Source: a virus
Taxonomy: Duplodnaviria > Caudoviricetes
IMG/VR virus record: IMGVR_UViG_3300036982_000284
Location: 1-41,412 of that record
Strand: one strand, 5' to 3'
DNA: 41,412 nucleotides
Shown: positions 1 through 8,139 of the stretch, piece by piece
Layout of the letters: each line of letters opens with the position of its first letter
How positions within the stretch are numbered: position 1 is the stretch's first letter
The notes under the pieces: model-generated
Seen by the model: only the letters and a program-made list of their open reading frames with translations
Told to the model about the DNA's origin: nothing
The model's database searches: none
Translations under genes and position numbers: made by a program

Positions 1-343
1 AAAGCTGCCAACAGTGAGGAGGTGATCCAGTCTGCCCCTGAGTCCCCGGCAAAAGCGAACACTGCACTAGCCTCTGTTAAAGTCGCTACGCCGGGGACTT
101 CTTCTCGAATTGCATCAGACGGAACTCGTCTGCGATGGAATATTGAAGGTGATTGGAATCCAGATATTCTCGAAACCTCGGCGCATCTCCGACAGGAACA
201 CGGCATCAACACGAACGGCATGACGCATCAAGAAATGGCTGACATCCATGCTGATCTGCATGAGGGAAACGTGACCGCAAAGGTTAAGGTAGTGAATCGT
301 GGAACATCGTGTCCGAACGGACGGTGTCCTGTTCCGCAACGCC
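1..343. repeat. Terminal redundancy, left copy (allele A)
   Basis: 1-126 identical to 41073-41198; 217-343 identical to 41286-41412; the ~90 bp between them is divergent. Confidence 0.95.
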
Positions 344-372
344 GTGGATTGTTCGGGGGCTTGTTTCGATGA
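1..372 (+). CDS. 3' part of the junction-spanning putative lipoprotein (C-terminus CPNGRCPVPQRRGLFGGLFR)
   Basis: Open from base 1 in the frame of ORF 22..372; both alleles keep the frame. Confidence 0.75.
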   Translation, partial: KAANSEEVIQSAPESPAKANTALASVKVATPGTSSRIASDGTRLRWNIEGDWNPDILETSAHLRQEHGINTNGMTHQEMADIHADLHEGNVTAKVKVVNRGTSCPNGRCPVPQRRGLFGGLFR

Positions 373-641
373 GCCTGATCAAGCCTGTGGATCTGCGGCA
401 CCTAAACATCCGCGAAGCAATTCAGGCGGTGATAAGCGGCAGGATCGAGCGGATCGAGTTTTCAGAGACGGTAAATTTGAAACTGAAGCACGATGGCGAA
501 CAGGCCGTGTTGACAATCACAGACGGCACAGTCGAGGTTGATATTCCGGGGCCAATAAGCCCGGACGTGTTAAGGGTTACGGCCTACGATGATCATGCTT
601 TGGTGGATCTTAGGTTGAGTCAGGTGAGGATCAATTACTGA
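369..641 (+). CDS. Hypothetical protein
   Basis: ATGA overlap with the upstream stop; stop overlaps the next start. Confidence 0.7.
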   Translation: MSLIKPVDLRHLNIREAIQAVISGRIERIEFSETVNLKLKHDGEQAVLTITDGTVEVDIPGPISPDVLRVTAYDDHALVDLRLSQVRINY

Positions 642-1000
642 TGACAGCGGCACATAACAGCAGGATTGAGGCACAAAAAGAGGCTGCGATCTTGCGCAGC
701 CTTGCCGAGGCTGTCGTGTCTCCTGTTGTTGCCGGTCGCAAGTCGCGAAAATCAATATCACTAAGACGCAAAACGGACTGGCTGAAAATTACCGATGTGA
801 TCGCATCGACTCCACCAGTCATGCGATTACTGGACGCTGAGGACATCGCGGCAAACTGGCGGAACGAATGTAAATTTGCGGGAATCGGAAGTGGATTATT
901 AGGATGGATCATCTGGAATTGGGCGTTCCCACTATTATTAGAATTGGCGAAGCTGTGGGTCGAGTCACTCAGAAACACTGACAAGATCAGTGAGAGATAA
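641..1000 (+). CDS. Hypothetical membrane protein
   Basis: Coupled ORF; C-terminal hydrophobic segment GIGSGLLGWIIWNWAFPLLL. Confidence 0.7.
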   Translation: MTAAHNSRIEAQKEAAILRSLAEAVVSPVVAGRKSRKSISLRRKTDWLKITDVIASTPPVMRLLDAEDIAANWRNECKFAGIGSGLLGWIIWNWAFPLLLELAKLWVESLRNTDKISER

Positions 1001-1589
1001 CAGGCCGAACAATGTGGATGACCTCAAATCAATTGCTGGTAAGATTGCTGATCTCTGGGGATACGCACTTGCGATCGTTGGAGTTCTTGCCGTTTGTCAT
1101 GGCCGGATTGTTAAATTGTATCGCACTGTGTCTCGTGCTTTCCGGCTTAGCAATGCTATTCACGATCACTTCGGGACTGACCCCGCACTTTCAATTGTCG
1201 AATCACTCCGCCAGCACACACGCGACGGGGCTGTTCAAGAGGTCCGTCTTACGCTGCTCGAAGAATCGCTCGGGGCAGGGATCTATGTCTGCGACGCAAC
1301 AACAGGAGCCTGCACAAATTGCAATACAGCCCTCGCTGAATTGTATGGACTCGATAAGGCCGCTTTCCGTGATTCTGGTTGGCTTTCCGCCGTCGTGCCC
1401 GATGACCGGATATCCGTCTACGAGCGTTGGCAGGAGAGCGTACGAAAAAAGATTCCGTATGAGCTTAGCTACTTCGTCCGCAACCAGCGGACAGATAGAA
1501 AATTCAGGGTCATAACAAAAGCCTATCCTGCTGTCCTGGCTGATGGGACGATTTTGTGTTATGTGGGGACGTGCGAAGAAGTATTGTAA
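990..1589 (+). CDS. Membrane-anchored stand-alone PAS-domain protein
   Basis: N-terminal TM (LWGYALAIVGVLAV); PAS_3-like pattern GIYVCD...N...ELYG...GWLSAVVPDDR...W...YVGTCEEV. Confidence 0.8.
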   Translation: MRDNRPNNVDDLKSIAGKIADLWGYALAIVGVLAVCHGRIVKLYRTVSRAFRLSNAIHDHFGTDPALSIVESLRQHTRDGAVQEVRLTLLEESLGAGIYVCDATTGACTNCNTALAELYGLDKAAFRDSGWLSAVVPDDRISVYERWQESVRKKIPYELSYFVRNQRTDRKFRVITKAYPAVLADGTILCYVGTCEEVL

Positions 1590-1632
1590 CAGTGGTTAAG
1601 TAGTCCGCTTCTCATTGCAGCCGGGAAAACAA

Positions 1633-2055
1633 ATGACGAACGCAGAACTAAAAACGCTGATCGAATCAGACAGCGAGGCACTGGCACACTGGAACGCAGG
1701 GCGGCACGCTGCTTGTGCGGCCCGCTGTGGCGATATTGCTCTGACCGTCCGCAGGCTGGTGACTGCTGATGAGATCCAGCTCCATGCGTCGAAAAACGGG
1801 ACGTGGGCGGCGATTACATTGGCCCGCGAATCAGACGAAACACCCTTGCAAATCAAAGGCGTCTGCATCACGTTTCTCGATTGGATAAAGTCGGGGCGAG
1901 CGGTCGATTTCGATCTGCCTGAGGTCCAGCAGATGGTTGGCGGATTGATTCAGTCGCAACTTGTCACCCAAGAGCAGGCGGCACAACTAGACGCGATGGC
2001 CAATGAGAAACAGGCATTCACAACTGACGACGTACAACAAGCGATGAGGGCGTAA
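1633..2055 (+). CDS. Hypothetical protein (possible virion accessory)
   Basis: ORF coupled (TAATG) to the next gene. Confidence 0.7.
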   Translation: MTNAELKTLIESDSEALAHWNAGRHAACAARCGDIALTVRRLVTADEIQLHASKNGTWAAITLARESDETPLQIKGVCITFLDWIKSGRAVDFDLPEVQQMVGGLIQSQLVTQEQAAQLDAMANEKQAFTTDDVQQAMRA

Positions 2056-2570
2056 TGGCGACGATAAAAAACACATATCGAGCATCAGCAGATTTAACAG
2101 TCACAAATCTGCACAGCATTGCGACATCTTCGACCCTTGTTGCTGGGTGGATTTCCGCCGTGATTGACAACACGAGTGATTGTGATCTTGATAAGTTCAT
2201 TTCAGGTAAGTTTGCACTGGGGAATTCAGCAACAGCCGGTCAGATTGCAGTTTATGCAATAGCAATGCTGGACGATTCAACTTGGCCTGCCTCTGCACTT
2301 TCGTCAGGTGCGTTTGGGACGGAAGGCACAGCGACGTTTAAGGATGCAACACTACTTTCCGGAGTTGGTGCATTTCTTTGGGGTGCGGCGACTCGTGCCG
2401 ACCCCGGAACTGATGATGTGTACCAAATGCAGCCGTCATCGGTGCGAGGCGGTTTTGGTGGCATTTTACCGTCGAAATTCGTGATATTTGTTACACATTC
2501 AACGGGCGTTAATTTGGCATCATCGGGCAACCAGATCACGGTTCGCGGTGAATATAGGACAGTCGCCTAA
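2055..2570 (+). CDS. Putative virion structural protein (beta-rich)
   Basis: Ala/Thr/Ser/Gly-rich; coupled on both sides. Confidence 0.6.
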   Translation: MATIKNTYRASADLTVTNLHSIATSSTLVAGWISAVIDNTSDCDLDKFISGKFALGNSATAGQIAVYAIAMLDDSTWPASALSSGAFGTEGTATFKDATLLSGVGAFLWGAATRADPGTDDVYQMQPSSVRGGFGGILPSKFVIFVTHSTGVNLASSGNQITVRGEYRTVA

Positions 2571-3337
2571 TGCGTCAGCAATCGATATCAACTCTATTAG
2601 CACCATCGTTGGCGAAAGGTCTTTTCGCCAGCGTTATGCCGTGTAATGGATTTGGAGGAACCAGATTGCCAGATGTTTCGAAGCGTCGAAACAATGGAGT
2701 CGTAGTCGGAAATATGGGCGTTGCTCCTGTTCGCGGAGTGCAGTGCATGACGCTTGCAGGAAACACGTCCTCATACATTAGCTGGCCGACACGCATATTT
2801 GATGTCCTCTACACGCTGCAGACGTTTACGGTTGGCATTTGGATGAGATCGACCACGGCAACACCTGTTGGCAACGATCAAGTGTTATTCGGATTCGAGG
2901 GAGGGTATGGCTCATGCTGCTTGTATCACGACGGTACAGACACTTCGGTGTCGTGGTCGACGTCGGGTGCGTTCGCAAACAGATTAACGTCATCGATTCG
3001 CACCTATGATCAGACCTGGCACTATGTGGTCGCGATTTTTGATCGGGGGACAACCCGTGTTTTAATTGATGGCATGGCAGCAGGTACAAAAACTCAGACG
3101 CTTGCAAATTTCACAGGGTCGACGTTTGGGTCACGGGTCGGAGGGACTGCAAATTTAGGATCATCAATGCCCGTGTCAATCGCGGAGTGTTCGATTTGGG
3201 CGAAGGTTTTGGCGGATTCGGAAATTCAGATTTTGAAACGTCGCCCGGGAATCTTATGCGATATGAGTCAGGATTTCGCAGTGTCTGGGTTAAGTGGAAA
3301 TCGTCGTCGTCGTTTGCTGGTAGGAGCAGGATCATAA
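2570..3337 (+). CDS. LamG/concanavalin A-like lectin domain protein
   Basis: FTVGIW, WHYVVAIFD, VLIDG, IAECSIWAKVLADSEI match the LamG_3 pattern. Confidence 0.85.
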   Translation: MRQQSISTLLAPSLAKGLFASVMPCNGFGGTRLPDVSKRRNNGVVVGNMGVAPVRGVQCMTLAGNTSSYISWPTRIFDVLYTLQTFTVGIWMRSTTATPVGNDQVLFGFEGGYGSCCLYHDGTDTSVSWSTSGAFANRLTSSIRTYDQTWHYVVAIFDRGTTRVLIDGMAAGTKTQTLANFTGSTFGSRVGGTANLGSSMPVSIAECSIWAKVLADSEIQILKRRPGILCDMSQDFAVSGLSGNRRRRLLVGAGS

Positions 3338-4287
3338 TGTGGGCAAAGCAATCAACAGCAGCAACATTGATCGTTGGTCCGTGCTTAGACAGCACGGGCG
3401 CAGAATATGCGGGACTGATAATCACGGATCTGAGTTTATCAAAAAACGGCGGCACGCTGACGGCATTGGCCACAGCGGCGACGTTGACGCACATCGCAAA
3501 CGGCCAATACACGCTTGTGATGACGACGGGTAATCTTGATACGCTCGGACGCGCTCAGATCACCTGCAACAAATCAACGTATCAAATGCCAACCGTTGGG
3601 CTGTTGGTTGTGCCTGCGATGGTGTTTGATTCGATGGTATTGGGGACTGATGTTTTGCAGTCGGACGTTACTCAATTCGGAGGCACAGCGGGCACGTTCG
3701 CGGCTGGAATACCAACAGCGGCACTGGACTCCACCGCTACTGCTGCACTGGTGGACCTGATCTGGGACGAGCCATTGACAGGTGCCACCCACAACGTCGC
3801 AACGTCCTCCGGTAAGAGATTGCGACAGACAACAGCATTCCAGCAGATCGACTCAACTGTCATTGATGCGTCTGCGACCACAACCACGTTCATCACTGGC
3901 CTCACATCGTCAGTCGACAATTTCTACAATGATTCAATGCTCGTGTTCACGGATGGGGCTTTGGCAGGACAGGTCCGGGCGATTTACGATTACATTGGTG
4001 CCACCAAGACGATTGTATTGGAGGAGGCGTTGACATCAGCACCAGTGAACGGCGTAGCGTTTGCGATTGTCTCGTTGCACATTCATCCTGTGAGTCAGAT
4101 TCAGAGTGGGCTGGCGACGAGTGCTGCATTGGCTACGGAGTCGACGAAGATCAACCGAATCGAAGCAGTAGCAACCGGCACAGTCACCGGGGCAGGAACA
4201 TCCACAGAAGTGTTTGTTGGGCCATCAGCAACTCTCACGATCACCGTCGATTCGAGCGGCAATAGATCCGCAGTGGTGGTGACATGA
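3337..4287 (+). CDS. Putative virion fibre/structural protein
   Basis: TAATG coupling gives the start MWAKQ at 3337; Thr/Ala/Gly-rich. Confidence 0.65.
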   Translation: MWAKQSTAATLIVGPCLDSTGAEYAGLIITDLSLSKNGGTLTALATAATLTHIANGQYTLVMTTGNLDTLGRAQITCNKSTYQMPTVGLLVVPAMVFDSMVLGTDVLQSDVTQFGGTAGTFAAGIPTAALDSTATAALVDLIWDEPLTGATHNVATSSGKRLRQTTAFQQIDSTVIDASATTTTFITGLTSSVDNFYNDSMLVFTDGALAGQVRAIYDYIGATKTIVLEEALTSAPVNGVAFAIVSLHIHPVSQIQSGLATSAALATESTKINRIEAVATGTVTGAGTSTEVFVGPSATLTITVDSSGNRSAVVVT

Positions 4288-4508
4288 GCCTGAGAACGTT
4301 TGGGCAAAGGTCATACGCGGCGAGAACGTTTAATGCTAGGACTTGGGGCGGGGTTGAGGAGGCTGCGAATGCAGCCATCGTGACGACACGCCTTTCGCTG
4401 GTTGGCACATCACGCCAGCGACTTAGCGTAGAAGGCACATCAACGGAGCGAATGGCAACGGTTGGCACATCACAGAAGCGATTGGCTATTGAGGGGGCGA
4501 GCCGATGA
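4284..4508 (+). CDS. Small hypothetical protein with an internal repeat (VGTS..R x3)
   Basis: ATGA overlaps at both ends. Confidence 0.65.
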   Translation: MSLRTFGQRSYAARTFNARTWGGVEEAANAAIVTTRLSLVGTSRQRLSVEGTSTERMATVGTSQKRLAIEGASR

Positions 4509-4897
4509 CAGCACAGACACACAGACGACGGGTTGGGGATCTACGGACGGTGTTGCCGGTCACATTGCAGCAGCCTGATTCAACGGGCACTCTCGCGGCC
4601 ATCAATCTGACCGGGCTGACGGTGACGTTTAAGATGATCAACGCTGCCGATGGAGCGACGAAGATCGCAGCCACATCAACGGGCCTCACAGTTGTGACGG
4701 CTGCGAGTGGCACTGTCAACTATGACTTCAGCAGCACGGGCGTTGATGCCGCTGGTGTTTATTGGGGCACGTTTCTCGTGACTGAATCAGGTCAGACGGA
4801 CGCTGTGCCAGTGCGTCAGAAGGATCTCAGGATCATCATTGACAGTGATACGCAGACGGGCGAAGAGGCGTACTCGGCAGCGGTTGCGGCAGAATGA
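4505..4897 (+). CDS. BppU-N-like Ig-fold virion protein
   Basis: GD..TVLPVTL..INLTGLTVTFKM..GTVNYDF..DAAGVYWGTFLVT pattern. Confidence 0.6.
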   Translation: MTAQTHRRRVGDLRTVLPVTLQQPDSTGTLAAINLTGLTVTFKMINAADGATKIAATSTGLTVVTAASGTVNYDFSSTGVDAAGVYWGTFLVTESGQTDAVPVRQKDLRIIIDSDTQTGEEAYSAAVAAE

Positions 4898-4995
4898 TTC
4901 TCAAATCCTAGACGAGCATATGACCGCGCCATATGGGCGAAGTTATATGGAGTGCGGGAAAAAGAAAATGAAACATAGCCAAAAACTTTTTTGAT

Positions 4996-5037
4996 GGGTC
5001 CTTCCGGCGATCTAGCACTTCCCTGCGACGAAGGAAG
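4996..5037 (+). promoter_or_regulatory. Candidate cos packaging site (cosQ-like GGGTCCT plus dyad CTTCC-N10-GGAAG)
   Basis: GGGTCCTTCCGGCGATC resembles the lambda cosQ context GGGTCCTTTCCGGTGATC; lies just upstream of the terminase genes. Confidence 0.55.
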
Positions 5038-5217
5038 GCCCGGATTTTTAAATGTTAGTTAGTGCGTTAGGAAACTTCGATGAAGGGGTCTGGGGCCGCT
5101 CTGGCGCAACGGGAGTGGTGCGGCTCGATGCTTTGTGCGGTCATCTGCGATGCCTGCCCCTGGTGGTCGCTCGGGAACTTGCTGAATGAAACGTGTTGCA
5201 AATAAATCGCGTGCCAA

Positions 5218-5592
5218 ATGGAAATAAAAACAGCATCTGACATCAACATGGTTGGCAAAGCACTGGCAGCCGGTTGGCTTGATGGATTTGAGGATCGACG
5301 ACGGAAGGCAGTGCATGACCTGTTTGACGTGGTTGAAAATTCTGGTGACGAGGAAATGCGGATCAAGGCGTTTATCGCACTCGTCAGGGCAGACGCTGCA
5401 GATTTGAAGCGTCAGGAAGTTGCAATTAAAAAGCAGGCCGTTGATGACGCAAGACGTCTTAGATTACTTGAACTCGTTAAGCAACTCCCGCCTGGAGTCC
5501 TGGCTCGAATCGCAGCCGGAGACGCGGCATTTGCTGAGGGCGGACGAGAGGGAAGCACAGCGGGACCGGATGGCCCGCAAGAGGGCGTCTGA
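5218..5592 (+). CDS. Probable terminase small subunit
   Basis: Small helical ORF between the cos-like site and terL; positional call only. Confidence 0.5.
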   Translation: MEIKTASDINMVGKALAAGWLDGFEDRRRKAVHDLFDVVENSGDEEMRIKAFIALVRADAADLKRQEVAIKKQAVDDARRLRLLELVKQLPPGVLARIAAGDAAFAEGGREGSTAGPDGPQEGV

Positions 5593-7675
5593 ACGTGATC
5601 TGAAGATACCAATTCCTGCCGAACCTAGCAGGCGATTCGACGCATTGCAGGACGGTGAACTGTTTCTGACGACCTACTTCCCAGAAGTATTCTTTGAGCC
5701 ATTTACCACAGACCGCAGGGACATGCACAGCAGCATCGTGAGAGCGGCCATGTACGGCGGCGACCAAGCTATCGCTGGAACTCGCGGAGAGGGCAAAACG
5801 AAGCTGGCAATCTATACAGCCCTTTTTCTAACACTGAAAGGATTGTCGAACTTTCCGATCGTGATTGGAAAGAACCAGCGAAAGAGCGAGGGGGAACTGC
5901 GGACGGTACGCGAAAAGCTCCAGCAGTCTGAATTGCTCCTTGCTGACTTCCCTGAACTCTGTATGCCATTCAAGGCCGTGGGCGGGTGGTCATCACGGGC
6001 TCGAATGCAGACCGTAGCAGGCGAGCCGTCTAATCTGGAGATGTCTGCGGATCACCTAATCTATCCAACGATCGGCCGGCACCAGTTACCGGACGCCTGG
6101 CCGGACTTCATCGAGCCGGTCAGTAACGGGCAGATCCTCGCATCTATCGGCATCGACGGAAGTATTCGCGGAACTAACTACAGAGACCGCAGGCCGTCCA
6201 TCGCAATCATTGACGACATTGAGGACCGCCAGGCTGCTGATTCAGACGCATTGATTGAGAAGAACGAAGAGACAATCGAGAAGGATATCGCAGGGCTCGC
6301 GGCATCGGCCAAGCGTGTTGCTCGCGTGCTTCTCTGCACCATCCAGAACCGCAAGTGCATCGCGTTCAAGTTTACCGACCCAACAAAGAAGCCGTCATTC
6401 AAGGGCCGTCGATATCGCAAGATGATCACTCCTCCTGACCGCATGGATCTGGTTCAGGAGTATCTGAGACTGCGAATCGAGCGGGCGGAAGATGACCCAG
6501 ACGCCCGCGTTGCGTTTCGCTACTGGAGAGACAACCGAGCGGAAATAGAACGGGACTGCGTTATCAGCAACCCGTCATCGTTTGATGGCACGATTCATGA
6601 AGACGGTGAACCGCTGGAACTCTCTGCAATTCAGAGTTACTACAATAAGACGGCCGACTGGGGTGAAAAGGCGGTAGCAACAGAAATCGACAACGACCCT
6701 CCGGTGGAAGTCGGGCCACAGGGAAGCGGAATGACATGGCAAATGGTCGCAGGCCGACTGAGTGGGCTTGATCGCGGCCAGTTGCCGGCCAACGCATCGT
6801 GTGTGACTGCTGCGATTGACCTCGGAAAGTATCTCTGTCACTGGGTTGTGATTGCATGGTGGAAAGGTGCTGGGGGTTGCGTTATCGATTACGGACGAGC
6901 GGAAGTTGTCGGCACTGACAAAGGCATGGACAACCAAGCAAGCGAGCCACAGATTTACAAAGCTCTGCTGAACTGGCGCGACGAGATACTAGCAAAGAAG
7001 TACGTTGACGCGGCCGGATCAGCCCGCAAGGTCGACGCGGTTTTCATCGACTCCGGAACATTCACTGACGCGGCATACCAGTTCGTGCGGGACGTTGGCG
7101 GAACTCCATTCTATGTCTCCAAGGGTATCGGAAACTATCGCGACAAGACGACCGAAACAGAGAAGATAAAGCCGGGCAATCATTTTCATGCGGCCTATCA
7201 GGAGGCACAGGGCCTGTGGCTTTACGAACTCAACACGGACTATTGGAAGCAGTTCATCCACGAGAGATTCTTGACGCCGACATTTGACGATCAGAACTTC
7301 CTGCGCCGCGGGGCTCTGTCTCTGTTTGTGCAGCCAGGTGGCAAGCGGCACACGTCATACGCCCAACATATCGTCGCTGAAGAGCTCGTCAGTGAGTTCA
7401 AGGAAGGCAAGGGCCTGAAGACATATTGGAATGTGGTGAGTGACAACAACCATTGGCTTGACGCCACATACAACGCAGCGGCTGCTGCAAGTGCTCGCGG
7501 CATTTATCTCCTTTCCCCAACATCAGAGAATCCAGATGGTCAGTCCGTTACTGCAAGACCGAAAGCCCCAAATGAGCAAGAGCAATCAAAGCAGACCGCA
7601 AAACCGCCAGGGCAACGCCACGGAACTCCAAAGAAACGATCCGGTGGTTGGGTCAACAGTCTCAGAAGACGCTGA
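5420..7675 (+). CDS. terL: Terminase large subunit (true start may be 5447 or later)
   Basis: Walker A GTRGEGKT, Walker B IAIIDDIE; C-terminal gpA-like nuclease motifs AAIDLG, VFIDSG, NHWLDA. Confidence 0.9.
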   Translation: MQLKSRPLMTQDVLDYLNSLSNSRLESWLESQPETRHLLRADEREAQRDRMARKRASERDLKIPIPAEPSRRFDALQDGELFLTTYFPEVFFEPFTTDRRDMHSSIVRAAMYGGDQAIAGTRGEGKTKLAIYTALFLTLKGLSNFPIVIGKNQRKSEGELRTVREKLQQSELLLADFPELCMPFKAVGGWSSRARMQTVAGEPSNLEMSADHLIYPTIGRHQLPDAWPDFIEPVSNGQILASIGIDGSIRGTNYRDRRPSIAIIDDIEDRQAADSDALIEKNEETIEKDIAGLAASAKRVARVLLCTIQNRKCIAFKFTDPTKKPSFKGRRYRKMITPPDRMDLVQEYLRLRIERAEDDPDARVAFRYWRDNRAEIERDCVISNPSSFDGTIHEDGEPLELSAIQSYYNKTADWGEKAVATEIDNDPPVEVGPQGSGMTWQMVAGRLSGLDRGQLPANASCVTAAIDLGKYLCHWVVIAWWKGAGGCVIDYGRAEVVGTDKGMDNQASEPQIYKALLNWRDEILAKKYVDAAGSARKVDAVFIDSGTFTDAAYQFVRDVGGTPFYVSKGIGNYRDKTTETEKIKPGNHFHAAYQEAQGLWLYELNTDYWKQFIHERFLTPTFDDQNFLRRGALSLFVQPGGKRHTSYAQHIVAEELVSEFKEGKGLKTYWNVVSDNNHWLDATYNAAAAASARGIYLLSPTSENPDGQSVTARPKAPNEQEQSKQTAKPPGQRHGTPKKRSGGWVNSLRRR

Positions 7676-7847
7676 GAAGCCAAAGCCCCGCGTGACGACG
7701 TTTGTCCCGAAGGACTGCGCTTCATGCCCTGCTTTGCGGGCGGCGGATGAGGAAACGGCCGGCAAGTCGTTTTCCAGAGTCGTCAGCACTCAGGGACGGA
7801 CAAGGTACTGCAAATGCGGATTCTGCGGAGCAACGTGGAAGGAATAG
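7572..7847 (+). CDS. Small zinc-ribbon protein (Ogr/Delta-like?)
   Basis: CASC...SRVVST..RTRYCKCGFCG; overlaps the low-complexity tail of terL. Confidence 0.55.
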   Translation: MSKSNQSRPQNRQGNATELQRNDPVVGSTVSEDAEKPKPRVTTFVPKDCASCPALRAADEETAGKSFSRVVSTQGRTRYCKCGFCGATWKE

Positions 7848-7920
7848 GATTTACACGGCATATAAACCGCACCTATGTTCGATCTATCGCATTGCCACAT
7901 AACCCCGCACACTTGCGGGC

Positions 7921-8139
7921 ATGGCAACAGCGACATCATTACTCGCACAGATCGACGCGGCGATTGAGGCACTCCTAACCGGAGGAGCTTCGTCGTACTC
8001 GATCGGCTCACGTTCGGTCACGTCGCTCGACCTGCCGACTCTGTTTGAGCAACGACGAATGCTACAGATGGAATCAGACCGTGAGTCTAGTGCTGGCAGC
8101 ATGTTCCGCGTTGCGAAGATGCAGAGGGCCAATCGATGA
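7921..8139 (+). CDS. Head-tail joining protein (gpW-like)
   Basis: IDAAIEALLTGG..SYSIGSRSVT..DL..L; directly before the portal. Confidence 0.8.
   Translation: MATATSLLAQIDAAIEALLTGGASSYSIGSRSVTSLDLPTLFEQRRMLQMESDRESSAGSMFRVAKMQRANR

Noticed and set aside
127-216. Diversity-generating retroelement TR/VR pair (versus 41199-41285)
   Set aside because: Differences are not adenine-specific, include many synonymous changes and an indel, and no reverse transcriptase is present
1-343. Physical direct terminal repeat of the virion DNA
   Set aside because: Copies differ internally, identical flanks match a typical k-mer length, the junction is mid-gene, and a cos-like site lies elsewhere
3187-3336. 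Upstream-extended ORF starts in the track (also 9892, 15249, 25589, 29816, 30658, 34828)
   Set aside because: Internal ATGs with an RBS, stop-start coupling or a family-typical N-terminus fit better
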